From the NCBI GenBank assembly GCA_000388065.2, contig KB932208.1: a stretch of DNA of 64,000 nt; one strand, given 5' to 3'. Both the position numbers and the translations under genes were made by a program. The notes beneath the pieces were generated by a model that had not been told where the DNA came from, made no database searches, and saw only the letters and a list, made by a program, of their open reading frames with translations. Position 1 is the first letter of the stretch; each line of letters begins with the position of its first letter. The DNA is from Fonticula alba ATCC 38817 (Eukaryota > Protista > Nucleariida). This document shows positions 24,760 through 37,922 of the stretch, one piece after another.

Positions 24760-27700
24760 CGCTGCGCCCGGGCGGGGGAGCGAAGGTGGGGTCGGGGGGG
24801 GGGGGGGGGGGAGGGAGGGAGATCTCCCCCACGTCCCCGCCATCTGCGCCGCTCAGCAGGGGGGTCGCGCCCTGCCCCCTCCCGCTCACGACGCCGGGGA
24901 CGGGAGAGGGCGAGAAAGAAAGAAAGAGTGGACGCCATTTGCCACCGGAGGACCGGGAACATGCCGGGCTCTCCTCTCGACACATGCCACCGGTTCCTCG
25001 CCGCAGGTTGCCACGGAGTCCGGGACGCCCGGAAGACCAAAGGGGCAAAGGGAGGCGACAAAAAGTGGCCCCCGGGCCCTCCGCCGCACAGCGACCACAC
25101 AGGATGGGCAGCCGGGTGCAGAGGGGGGGGGGGAAGACGACGAACTTGCCGACCCACGACCGGGAGCCCGGAGGTGGAGGCACGCGACGGTGGGGGCGGG
25201 GCCGGGCCGACGCCGGACCGCCGGGTGGCCATCAAGCCGGACAGCGCTCGCGGGGGGGCCACCCATTGGCCAAGGAATAATATCCCCCCCTCCCCCCGCT
25301 CCCCGCGCCTCGGGCCAGGCGGGGTGAGTAAGCAGCGTCGGGGCGGGAGGGGCCCGGACGGGCAGCTGGCCGGGCCACTGGCAATGCGGCGGGGACTTGG
25401 CCAGTCGCGTCGGTCAACATGCATTCCAACCGAACCGCAGCCAGCCCTCGCTAACTGCCTCGCGCCAGGATGGAGCCCCAGCGCCAAGAGCAGGCAAAGC
25501 AACACAATAAGGGACGGACGGGGAAACGCCCGGGGGCGAGAACAGCAACGCCGCCGGCAGGATCGCCTCCCGGAAGGTCGCGCCCCCCTCTCGCATCAGC
25601 TGCACGGCCCTGCCTGCGCTCCCGTTGGGTCTCTCCTTCTCCCGGCGCGNNNNNNNNNNNNNNNNNNNNNNNNNNNNNNNNNNNNNNNNNNNNNNNNNNN
25701 NNNNNNNNNNNNNNNNNNNNNNNNNNNNNNNNNNNNNNNNNNNNNNNNNNNNNNNNNNNNNNNNNNNNNNNNNNNNNNNNNNNNNNNNNNNNNNNNNNNN
25801 NNNNNNNNNNNNNNNNNNNNNNNNNNNNNNNNNNNNNNNNNNNNNNNNNNNNNNNNNNNNNNNNNNNNNNNNNNNNNNNNNNNNNNNNNNNNNNNNNNNN
25901 NNNNNNNNNNNNNNNNNNNNNNNNNNNNNNNNNNNNNNNNNNNNNNNNNNNNNNNNNNNNNNNNNNNNNNNNNNNNNNNNNNNNNNNNNNNNNNNNNNNN
26001 NNNNNNNNNNNNNNNNNNNNNNNNNNNNNNNNNNNNNNNNNNNNNNNNNNNNNNNNNNNNNNNNNNNNNNNNNNNNNNNNNNNNNNNNNNNNNNNNNNNN
26101 NNNNNNNNNNNNNNNNNNNNNNNNNNNNNNNNNNNNNNNNNNNNNNNNNNNNNNNNNNNNNNNNNNNNNNNNNNNNNNNNNNNNNNNNNNNNNNNNNNNN
26201 NNNNNNNNNNNNNNNNNNNNNNNNNNNNNNNNNNNNNNNNNNNNNNNNNNNNNNNNNNNNNNNNNNNNNNNNNNNNNNNNNNNNNNNNNNNNNNNNNNNN
26301 NNNNNNNNNNNNNNNNNNNNNNNNNNNNNNNNNNNNNNNNNNNNNNNNNNNNNNNNNNNNNNNNCACACACACACACTCACAATGGAATAGGCTACAAAA
26401 TAACACGCGCATGTTGGTCTGTTGTGCGCAGGCGGCCATTGCCGGGTGGCACGGGCAGCGGGGGCACGGGCGAGGGCCTCCACACTTTCACACCACAAAC
26501 TCGGGGATAATATTCGCGCTACTATAAAGGCCCTTCTTCGGTCCCGTACGAACCTGCCACTCCGACGGGCCGAAAGGCTCGCCAGAATTCCTCACCCCGC
26601 CCTGGGGGGCTCGACAGCACAAACACATTGCCCCCGGGTCCCCGAGAACCCCCGCGAGGCCGTCTCGCTCTCAAGACGACCCGAGGGGCACGCTCTGCCG
26701 ATCGTCGTCAGCCCCCAGCTCTCCAAGCAGGGGCGCCCATCCGCCCCGGGACTTGGCCTTCTCGCACCGGCCGGCCGGGCCGGTGACGCCACCGCCGTGT
26801 TCCAAGGGCAGACACCCCATCCCAGGGTCTGGGGCTTGTTTTTTTGTTTTTTGTTTTTTCGCAACCTGCTCCCCGCATGCCAGAATCACCGACATGTGCA
26901 CGCCTCCCCCCCCCCCCCGGCCACACCGCCCCCCTGAAGAGCAAGGACATGCATGGGGCCCCCTCCACTTGCCCGTCTCTTCTCGGTCCCGGGCCGAAGC
27001 CCTGCCCATGCCCGGCGCTTCCCCGAACTAGCGCAGCTCCCTTGGGCCTGCTCTTGCCCGGCGGGGCAGCCCACAGATGCCCCAACCACGGACCTGCCCG
27101 AATCCGGTCCAGACCTTCCCGCGCGCCGCCCCCCCAACGCCCGAGGCGCTCCCCCCCCCCCCCCCGTTGACGGCTAACCAACCGGGACAAGGGAGGGGCG
27201 CAGTTGCCAAGACCAGCCGCCCTGGGGCGAAGGGCGGGGAATGCCCGGGCAGCTCAACACACGGGGTCAAGGACCGGGGGACGCGGGGGGACGGGAGGGG
27301 GGAGGGGCAACCGGAGCCCCAGGTGCGTGCGGTGTGTACGCACGCACACCCACCCACCCAGACACATACATCCGCAGCCACGCAAACATGCGCACACGCG
27401 CTGTGGCGAGGCCCGTGCCAGGGCCCCCGGCCCTCGGCTCCGGGGAGGAACGCTGGCCACCGCTGGGCCTTTCGGAAGGGGCCGGTCCCCGGCACGCCGG
27501 TCTGTCTCGGGCGGTTGGCCGACGGAAGGCCAGTTCCGACGGGAGGCCAAATCGGGCAAGGGTGCCAGCCCCTGGAGCGATGGCCGGCTCCAAACACCAT
27601 GTCTCAGCCGCATCACGCCCGCGGATGAGCACATGATCCAACAGACAGACCAATCACACCGCGATCGCTGAGGCGGCCGGATCTCACGTAACTCACGCAC

Positions 27701-28065
27701 ACACAGGCATCTCTTACGAGGCATCGGTTTTTATCCTTTTGCACACCATCATACGCGCAATACACAAGTATTTATATCCCCCCTGCACGCATGCGCGCGC
27801 AGCGCATCGTTCACTTCTCGCCACGAACGGGAGGAGAGGCAAATGTACACGGGGGAAAGGAAAACACGACACGGGCGGCAGACATGGCCGGGAGAAGTGG
27901 CCCTCCCTCGCCGGGGAGGGGCCGCGTTGACCCTTTGCCAGCATCATTCACCAGGCGCCGATGTGCTTCTGCCTCTGGTTTCCGGGTCCTCCCCCCGCCA
28001 AGATGGGGAGGGAGGGCGGAGGAGGGAAGGTGAAGGAAGCACATGAGGGGAGGGGAGGGGGGCAC

Positions 28066-31000
28066 CTACTTGCGAATGTTGACCTTGATGAAGGGGAAGT
28101 CCACGTCCTCGTCCGTGTCGTTGTCGCTGGCCGACAGAATGAGCACCACCGAGTGGATGTGGTCCTCGACCTGGGTGTTTTCCCCACCATTTTATCGCAC
28201 ACACGCGCGGCCACACGGAGCCCATTGGGAGTGTCAGTATAGAGGTCTTCCTTGTCCTAATGATGCCCACAGAGGGGGGAGAGTGATGGCGCCGGCACCC
28301 AGGCAAAAAGACAGGCAGCAACAGGCCCACGTTGGAACCCCGCCCGGGGGAAGAAAAGGAATGGAGGAAACAGAACACAGGAACAGAAACCCCCCCCCCC
28401 CCCCCCCCGCTACCCCCTCGCCGGACAGGAAGGGCAGCCAAAGGCCGGCCACGCACCGGCTTGTGGAGGACCTCCTCCAGGACGTCAGTCAGGCGGGCCT
28501 TCAGGCGGGCGGCCTGCTTCTTCATGTCCATGAAGATGGCATACAGCATGGACACACCGGAGCTGATCATGAAAATGCTGACATTGTAGTCGCGCTCGAT
28601 CTGGGTGTTGATCTCCTCGATGGTGGGGTTGCCATTGATCTCAATGCAGTCCCACAGGGTCCAGGAGTGCTCGCGGAACTTGGTCACCGCCGGGGCCACC
28701 GGCTCGGAGAAGGTCACGAAAGGCAGGGCCAGGTTGATGAAGGCATTCTTGTAGGCCTCGATGTTCTTCTCCTGGCGGATGACCTTCAGCGTCTCCAGGC
28801 AAATGAGACCGGTCACCAGGGCCGTGGTGGTGGCAATGGCCGGGATAATGCGCCCGGCGATGCCCTTGATCTTGTGACGATCGGCATTCTGGATGCCATA
28901 GTTGGACGCCCGGAGGTTGGCCACGGCCGTGACAAAGTCAATGTGGAAGTTGCTGTCATCGTCCTTCTCGAACTCCAGCGGCGAAACCTCAACCAGGTCG
29001 CCCAGCGACGAGGGGGCCGGCAGGCCGGCCGCCTCGGTCAGCAGCCGCGACATCTGGTCCTCATTGAGGGAGCCACCGGCCGCCTCGGCCTCGGCAGCCG
29101 CCTCGCTGTCCACGGTGTGGATCTTGACATTGCTGGCCGGCACGAACTCCGGCACCACCACCGCATCCAGCAGAATGCGATACCCGGCGGCCGTGGTGCC
29201 ATGCGTGCCGCCGGCCTGGGCCAGCGGCTGCTCCACCTCATCCGGCACCGGGATGCCGAACACCTGGGCAATCAGCCGCGAGGCGGCCTCAATGAAGGAC
29301 AGGTGCGAGGGCTCGGCCGGGTCGAAGACCAGCGGCGTGGGGCAGAGCTTGGGCGCCGTCCAGAACAGGTGCCCATTGCTGGTGACCGCGTCCGGCGGGA
29401 AGTTGAACAGCAGCTGCTTGATGTTGTTGGCGAAGTGGTGCTCAAACTGGTGGCGCGCCCAGGCGACACACCCCTCGAAGGTGGTCGGCCGATCGGCACG
29501 CAGCAGCCCGGCAATCGAATCCAGGATGTCCTTGAAGCCGGCCTCCTCGGACATGTGCTCCACATACTGGCGCAGGATGTCCGCATCGGAGGCGGCCCCA
29601 GGACCACCGGCCGCGGCCAGGGCATTCCGAGTGAACTTCAGGAATTGGTTGACCTGCTGCGGGCCATTGGCGAAGACCCCCTCGAACAGGTCGCGACCCC
29701 ATTGGATGGTGTGCTCAATGGCATTGGGGAAGTTCTTCAGCGTGCAAATGGCGATCGAGGCCTCCGGCGGGTCCTGCGAGCTGCTGTAGGACTCGGTGAT
29801 GTCCGGCAGGACGACCTGGGTGTTGCCCCGGGTGCCCAGGGTGCCGGACTCCATGAGCGGCTTCCGGAAGAAGACACACCGGCGGTCCACATACCGCCGG
29901 GCTTCCATGTTGTCCAGGGCATTGGCCACGCAATCGATGTTGGCGAAGAACTCGTCGCCGAAGATGTGCTCGGTCTCCTCGCCCACGCGATCGGCCATCG
30001 GGTGGATCTTGCCCTGCAGGTCGGGGTTGATGGAAGCCGCGGCGGCCGCCGCGCAGGCGGACTTCAACTTGCCGACATCCTGATTGCGGAAGAGGAACTG
30101 CCGGTTGAGGTTGCTCCGCTCGATGGTGTCCATGTCGGTGACGGTGATCGAGCCGCCCGGGCCCGAGGCAATGCCCATGAGGGCCCAATTCTTGAGCATC
30201 TCACAGCCAATGGCCCCGGCACCGACCAGGAACAGCCGATACCCGGCAATGGTCTTCTGCATGGTTTGACCGAAGATGGCAATCTGGCTGTCATACCGGC
30301 TGCCAACCGGGGCACACTCGGCCTCGGTCAGCCCGGGGGGAACCGCCTCCAGGGCATCGAAGAACAGCCACTGGGAAATGGGCGTGAACTTGCCGGAAGT
30401 GGCCTTGAGCACCTCCTGCGCGACAATGCCACCAACCGTGCCGCACATGGGGGCCGTCGCACCGGCATACTGGTAGGCAAACTGCCGGAGGAGATCGGTG
30501 TCCGGCTTCCACTCGGTCAGCCCATGGTCGGTGGCCACCGCCTGGCACAGGGCCACCAGGGTGTTGGCATCCTCCTCATTGCGAGGGCGCGGCATGCGGC
30601 CGTGCTCCTCCACAAACCGGTGCCCCGCCTGGAAGGCGATGTGCAGCTGCTCCGGGCGGTCCATCTTGGCGAAGTCCGACACCAGCAGGTCGACCCCCAT
30701 GCAGGGCAGGGCAGTGAGCTTGGCGCGCAGCGGCTCAAAGTGCATGGTCACCGGCATCTTCACCTCGATGGCCATGCCGCCACCCTCATAGGCCGGCAGG
30801 CCGCTGGTGTCGCCGATGGAGAAGGTATCCGGCGAGAGGACCTTCACCGGCCGGGGGGCGCAATCATTGAGGGCCGTCATGCCGCGCACCCCGCGGAAGG
30901 TGACATGGGCACCATCCTCCAGGTTGTGGCGCTGCTCCTCCACACAGGCCACCACACTCTCCTTCTCGGCCGTGATGCCGGAGATGAGGAAGCTGGCCGG

Positions 31001-31782
31001 CTCATTGCCATTGGGGTCGGTGACCACAAAGGAGTCGCCGAAGTCATTGAAGATGCTGGCAAAGGTGCCGCGCGACTCGGTGACCACGGTGCAGCCGGTG
31101 GGGGAGAGCTTGCGCTGGGCCTCATTCAGGGCCAGGGCCACCTTGTGCGACTGGTTCACCACCACCACCACCTGGAAGCGCTTGTGCGACAGGAGGGCCT
31201 CGGCCATGGTCGGCTGGGCCAGGGCGTCGAAGGGGAGCTCCGGCGCCGAGTCGAAGACCGACACCTCCACATACGGGTTGAGCTCCTTCAGCTGGGGAAG
31301 CGAGGCCTTGGCGCGGGGCTCGCCGATCTCGGACAGGTAGAACTGCGTGCCGAGGTCGGCCAGGGCGGTGGGCGTGTTGTCGAAGAGAGTGAGGGACTTG
31401 ACACCGGCGAGGACGATGTTCTTGGCTGAGGGGAGGGAGAAGAAGTGCAGGTCAGTTTGCNNNNNNNNNNTGAGGGGAGGGAGAAGAAGTGCAGGTCAGT
31501 TTGCTGGGGCGGGGGGGGGGGGGGGGGAGCAGGAAGGAGGTGGCCATTGTCATGTACCGATCTCAATGCCAAGGCCGTCCACACCGACCAGCAGCACATC
31601 CGAGGAGGACATGCGCTTCATGGCCTCATGGCCGAAGACGTAGCTGCGAGGGCCAGGGTCGTGTGAGTGAGTGGGGGGGGGGGGGGACAAAAGCATCAGG
31701 AGGAGGTGGGGCACAGGGGGGAGGGGGGAACATACAGCTGGCGGGAGTAGAGACCCTCATCGATCTTGGAGGAGTCGGTCAT
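28066..31782 (-). CDS. UBA1: Ubiquitin-activating enzyme E1; exons 31782-31736, 31643-31558, 31425-28457, 28170-28066 (possible N-terminal extension upstream)
   Basis: IDEGLYSRQLYVFG, nucleotide-binding VGAGAIGCEMLKN, DMDTIERSNLNRQFLFR, catalytic Cys in ICTLKNFPNAIEHTIQW, EFEKDDDSNFHIDF and KIKGIAGRIIPAIATTT. Confidence 0.98.
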
Positions 31783-34306
31783 GGTGGGGATGGGCGCGGC
31801 AGGTGAGTCGAGCCGGGGGCGCTTTTGCTCGGAATCCGGAACAGTAAACGCGGCTGGGCTGCGCGTGCGACGGAGGGGGGAAGGGGAGACATTAGCCAGC
31901 GGTGGAGGGAGGCACGCGGTCCGAAGGGGAGGGAGGGGGGGGGGGNNNNNNNNNNNNNNNNNNNNNNNNNNNNNNNNNNNNNNNNNNNNNNNNNNNNNNN
32001 NNNNNNNNNNNNNNNNNNNNNNNNNNNNNNNNNNNNNNNNNNNNNNNNNNNNNNNNNNNNNNNNNNNNNNNNNNNNNNNNNNNNNNNNNNNNNNNNNNNN
32101 NNNNNNNNNNNNNNNNNNNNNNNNNNNNNNNNNNNNNNNNNNNNNNNNNNNNNNNNNNNNNNNNNNNNNNNNNNNNNNNNNNNNNNNNNNNNNNNNNNNN
32201 NNNNNNNNNNNNNNNNNNNNNNNNNNNNNNNNNNNNNNNNNNNNNNNNNNNNNNNNNNNNNNNNNNNNNNNNNNNNNNNNNNNNNNNNNNNNNNNNNNNN
32301 NNNNNNNNNNNNNNNNNNNNNNNNNNNNNNNNNNNNNNNNNNNNNNNNNNNNNNNNNNNNNNNNNNNNNNNNNNNNNNNNNNNNNNNNNNNNNNNNNNNN
32401 NNNNNNNNNNNNNNNNNNNNNNNNNNNNNNNNNNNNNNNNNNNNNNNNNNNNNNNNNNNNNNNNNNNNNNNNNNNNNNNNNNNNNNNNNNNNNNNNNNNN
32501 NNNNNNNNNNNNNNNNNNNNNNNNNNNNNNNNNNNNNNNNNNNNNNNNNNNNNNNNNNNNNNNNNNNNNNNNNNNNNNNNNNNNNNNNNNNNNNNNNNNN
32601 NNNNNNNNNNNNNNNNNNNNNNNNNNNNNNNNNNNNNNNNNNNNNNNNNNNNNNNNNNNNNNNNNNNNNNNNNNNNNNNNNNNNNNNNNNNNNNNNNNNN
32701 NNNNNNNNNNNNNNNNNNNNNNNNNNNNNNNNNNNNNNNNNNNNNNNNNNNNNNGGGGACCCGCCTATTTCTGGCAGGCATACCCTGCGATTGTCCTTGT
32801 CTGGCGCGGCCCGTGCGGTGGCCGCCGGGCGGCGGGACCCACATCGTCCGGGGGCATCGGGCCAGGGCGGGCTCAGGTAAGCGGCACACAGCGCGGCCGG
32901 CGCGGTGGCGCGCGACTGGGCTGGGAATGAAAAAAAAATAAAATTGCGCATCGAGAAGACTCCGCCACTAGACCGCCATCCCCCCCCCCCCTGGTCATCT
33001 CCCCCGAGGCGCTCCCGGCCGGGATACATCCCAGCCTGTGGGTAACCACCGCCCTTGGGTGTGGCGTCGAACGCCGCCGGCGCCGACTCCAGTCGACCAC
33101 TGCCCGCGGAAGGGTCGGCCGGACATCCGGACACCTCTGCCGGTGTGAACCCGGGCGGAAGTTCGCCGCCGCAAGGTGAAATGTGTGCCCGTGTGGAATC
33201 ACGATATGTGCACGTGTCACCGCGTGAGACGACCCCTGGCCCGCACAGTTATCCCCGGCCCGGCTCCAAAATGGGAAGTGATCTGCGAACAAGTGTAGAC
33301 GGGCCGTGGAACCGAACAACCATATCGTTCTATCTCTCCCGGGATTGAGGGCGCACCCCCCGTCCGTGCGCGCGGATGCGTGTCCTTGCCGAAAATGCCC
33401 CCCCCCCCCCCCCCGCCCGGTCCGTCTCTTCATGCTGGCTCCCCCTCTTTCTATCTCTCTCCCAAAGTCGACGTGCGACACGGCCCTCACCCTTCTCGCC
33501 GATCACAGAGGCCCGGTCGCAGAACTTGTGAGACCTCCCGCCCCCCCACCCCACCCCGCCCGAAGGGGGCTCGAGGCCAGAAGGATGCATCGTCCCCGGG
33601 GGTGCAGTTCTCGCGAGCGCCGACTTTTCCAGATCATGTCCAGATCGCCGCCCGAATCGGGCAGTCCAGCGGCCGGACTTTCGCGCCTTCGGAGGCGTGT
33701 CCCGCCCTGCCCGCCGCCGCCCCCCGTCGGTCAAGTAGCCAGCATGGCAGGGGCATTGGGTAGAGAAGAGCTGCCGCGGGGGTTGCCACCTTCGGGCTCT
33801 CCATCTCCGATTGTACCCCCGTACTTGGAACCTTCCCCGGCGGGGGGCGGCGAAGGGGGGCCGGGGGCCGGGGGCCGGGGGCCGGGGGCCGGGGGGCCTG
33901 GACAGCGGCCGAAGCAGGCCGGGGGGCAGGCAGGCAGACAACAGCAGGGGCGGCGGGTGCAGCACGGGGGGGGGCAGGAAGCGCACCATGCCCTCGGGCG
34001 GGGGCACATCCCCCCGGCACAGAGCGGCTCCTTTTCCGCTGTTATTGTTTGCCGTTCAGCTCAGGAGCGGGCCCCGCGCGCGGGATCTTGGCTTTTCAAA
34101 AAAGTGTGTGTTAATATCCCCCGTGGAGCGTCAGCAACCTCTCCTCCTCCTCCTCCTCCTCTTCTTTCTCCTCCTTCTGCTTCTCCGTCCCTCATACTCC
34201 GCTACTCCCCATCATCTTCCCCGCCCGGTCCCTCTCCTAGGCTTGCCCTAGCCCCGTTCTTGTGCTCTGCTTCCTCCCCATCTCTGGGTTGGTTGTTGCC
34301 GCTCTC

Positions 34307-34360
<54 letters not shown>

Positions 34361-34397
34361 CCTACGGTTGGTGCTTTGCTGATGCGCTGAGACCAGC

Positions 34398-35198
34398 ATG
34401 TCTCTATCCGTTTCGGAAATAAGTTTTTATCAGTTGTCTCTGAAAATCATCGGAGCCACGCCCAATCCCTCGCTTTCTGGTGGCCATCTTTTCTGCACCA
34501 TTCGCTTCGAGCGCCCGCCGCACTGCCGGACCCTTCCCCTGGCCAGTCCCGTGTCGACCCCTCACCACACGCTCAAAAAGGCTGTCTGGAATATCCTCTT
34601 CCAGTTGTATGTGCCCCCGGCTCCCCCCCCCCGGCCCCCCCTCGGCCCCCCTCCCCCCACATCCATCGATCCGCCCGGGGATAGCTGCACGGCCTCGGCC
34701 CCTCGTGCACTCTCTTCATGCCTTCCTCCCCGACTGACTCTTTTCCGCCCCCTCGCCAACCCATCCCAGCCATATCTCCTCCGACGACAAGCCCATCATC
34801 GAAGTCTTTCACAAGGTCGCCCGGACAGAGATCCTCGTTGGTCGCTTTGAACTTCCACTTCCAGAGCTCTTTGGCATCTTCCGCTCGACCTCCCCCTTTG
34901 AGCGTGCGCATGCTCTCCCTCCGCGCCCCCACCCCCCTGCCTCTGCCTCTGCTCATCCCCCTGCGAGCGTGCCTGCTGACACCGAGCTCCTCCGCCGGCC
35001 TGGATGCCCCTGCCAATGATGGGCTTCAGTTTCCCCTGTGAGAAGCCTCCTCTCAGACAAGGTCTCCCTCAAGATCAGGCATTCGGTTGTCAAGATCAAC
35101 CGCCCTCAGTCGTGCGTCTCCGGCCGCATGTTTTACTCTGCGCCACCGCCCGGCCACATTCTCTGCCCCGTTCTCGCTCTCGTTCTCGCTCCTGCACC

Positions 35199-35231
<33 letters not shown>

Positions 35232-35935
35232 GCACACACATACACGCATCCACCTCCCCTGTCACTGTCTGAGCAGCAGCCAGCCGCGAAACCCCATCCA
35301 GCCGCCACCAAGCTCCACGATGTCGCAGTCCAACAATGTGCCCCTCCCGCGGGGGTACGTCTCCCCCGCCAGCACGTCGCCCCTCGACTGCCCTCTCCTC
35401 CGCGGTTGTCGCTAACCTCCCTAACTTGGCCCTCGGCTGTCCCAGGTGGGAAATGCGGCGTACGCCAGACGGACGCCCCTACTATGTCGACCACAACACT
35501 CGGACCACACACTGGGAGCGGCCGGTTGTCTACGATCCTCGCAATGTGTCGCCGGATTTCAACTACCTCATCCAGAAGCCCGCCGATGGACTGGCCATGA
35601 TTCGGCGGACCCTGCCGCCCGGCTGGGGTGCGAATATGCCGCTCTTTTGTGCCCACACGCTTGCCCCGCCATCGCATCAGCGACCTAATATCTCCCCTCC
35701 CCGGTGTTCCTCGCGTGCACAGAGGTCCTGCTCAACCCGCGGCCCGGCCTGCAGTACTACTACCTCAACCACAATGATCGGAGCAGTACCTGGGACTATC
35801 CCGCCCTGCCGCCCCTGTGGGAGTACAAGTTCAACGATGTAGGCACCATCTACTTCGTGGACCATTCCACTCAAACCACCACTTGGGATGACCCACGTGT
35901 GCCGGCCGCCGCTATGTGCGTGTCTCGCGTCTCTG

Positions 35936-35966
<31 letters not shown>

Positions 35967-37922
35967 TCTCTTTCTTTCTCCCCAATCTGAGTCCCTTTGC
36001 GCTTACCTTCCGTGGCACACGCCCATACCCACGCCCACAGTTCCAATGCTGGCTTCGATAGCAAGACACTCAGCAAGCGCATCGACACCTTCTTCCAGAC
36101 CAAGGGCATCGTCTCGAATAACCAACATCGCGAGCCGATCATTGTCGTCCACCGGGACCACATCCTCGACTCATCGGTTATCGCTGTGAACAAGCTCCGC
36201 CGCGAGGACATCGAGCGAAAGCTTGTGGTCAAGTTCCACGGGGAGGATGGGCTCGATTTTGGCGGCGTCGCCCGGTATGTCTTCCCACACCCGCGCCCAT
36301 GTGCAACCCTACCAGAGGAGGGCGCCTCCTACTGACACCCCTCCCCCCCGACACCCCCCCCCCCCAGCGAGTGGATCAGCTCCCCTGCGTAATAAGCTCC
36401 TTGACAAGGATTACGCCTATTTCCGTGACCTTGAGTCGGAATCCGATCACCTTGGCCACGCCATCGACCTTACGCACATCCGGTCGCTGGATGATGATGA
36501 CGACTCGCGGCAGTTCTACAGCTTCTTTGGCCGTGTCCTGGGCCTTTGTCTGCGCAACCGCATCACCATTGACGTGTGCTTCCCCCTTCACATCTACAAG
36601 CACCTCCTCGGTGCCGAGGTCACTCCGGAGGACCTGAAGAGCTTCGATCCGGGCCTCTATAACTCCTACCAGCTGATGCGGTGCGCCCTCCCCTCCTTTT
36701 TCTTTCTTTCTCCGTCTGTCTCGCTCTCTCTCTCTCTCTCTTCTTTCCCTCTCCGCTCTCCGCTCCCTTCTCGCCTCTCCACTCTGGACCGGCCCATGTC
36801 CCAGCTCCGGCACTGACGTCTCTCCTGCTCGTTCATCTCCGGGCCTCTCCAGCAACCCCGAGGTCCTCGAACATGTTGAGTATAACTTTGTCCAGACCGT
36901 CAAGGACGATCTCACCAACGAGGTGTACGATGTGGACCTCATTGAGAATGGCTCCGAGATCCTGGTTACCTTGGAAAATGTGGACCTTTTCATCCAGCGC
37001 GCTTCGGAGTACCTGCTCACTGAGCGCTACGGGCAGAAGCTCCAGTATCTGCGGGATGGCTTCAACTTCGTCACCCCGATCAACATTGTCAAGTCTTTCT
37101 TTGGTCCACACGAGTTGGAGGTGCGCCATCGGGATGCCCTTTCCTCCCCCCCCCCCCCCCCCCCCCCCCCTCACCCTTGCCCCTTCCCCCTGCCCTCTCC
37201 ATGTAGCCTGCGCTCGCCAGCCCAAACGCCGCCCCGGCGCGGCGCGTTCATGCGCACGCATGCGCCGCCTCCCCTTTGCTAACTGCCTCGGTGTCCTGCG
37301 GAAATCCCCCCCCCCCCACACACACACACACACGCACACGCACATACACATGAAAACGCGAACACACACGTGCAGTCCATCATCGCCGGCAATGACATCA
37401 GCATTGAGGACTGGCAGGCAAACACGGTGTACATTGACTGCAATGCCAATCATCCATCTGTGCGCCTTTTCTGGGCATACATGTCCCAAGGGGACTTTGC
37501 CCTGCGGTCACAAGTCCTCAAGTTTGTCACCGGCCTCACGCGGCCGCCCTTCGGTGGCTTCGCCCGGCTCTTTGGCTACGGCCGCCTGGAACCCTTCAAG
37601 ATCCAGCTCGTCAATGCCACGCCGCCGGCCATCCCCTTCCCCTCGGCCTCGACATGGTGCGTGTGGACCTTCTTGTTGATTTCTTTCCTATTCATGCCCT
37701 CTTATTCGACACGCAAGTGCCCCTCTGCCTTTCCTTCCGGGGGGGTCGCCCATGCTCACCGCTCATGAATGCCACTCCTCCCCCTGCGCCCGCCCGCCCC
37801 CCCTGTCCCTCTCGCGCGCGTGCAGCCACAACCGTCTCCACCTACCGGCCTTCCAAGACATGGAGACCCTCGCTGCCAAGTTCGAGGTTTCCCTTCAGAA
37901 TACTTCCTTCCAGCGCGAATAG
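34398..37922 (+). CDS. C2-WW-WW-WW-HECT E3 ubiquitin ligase (Rsp5/NEDD4 family, divergent), 11 exons
   Basis: C2-like N-terminus; WW domains [62 protein letters not shown] and LPPLWEYKFNDVGTIYFVDHSTQTTTWDDP; HECT GEDGLDFGGVAREW and FFGRVLG; catalytic PSASTCHNRLHLP (Cys codon TG|C split by intron 37657-37825); Phe at position -4 in FQRE*. Confidence 0.93.

Noticed and set aside
26529-26620. Possible HDV-like or hammerhead ribozyme (GGCCC..GGTCCC..GGGCC GAAA)
   Set aside because: I could not build the P2/P3 pairings or find a CUGAUGA core.
27590-27780. Possible box C/D or U3 snoRNA on the minus strand (ATGATG..GGATCAT..CTGA after an AT-rich patch)
   Set aside because: Box C is imperfect, there is no terminal stem or recognisable rRNA guide, and the AT-rich patch is explained as the UBA1 3' end region.
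28043-31429. 1128-aa plus-strand ORF antisense to UBA1, and similar long antisense ORFs over the kinase, PUS7 and the aminotransferase
   Set aside because: These are shadow ORFs expected from high-GC3 codon usage; the translations show no domain features.
31426-31505. 35-nt direct repeat inside UBA1 intron 2
   Set aside because: The copies flank a 10-N gap, so this is an overlap artefact.
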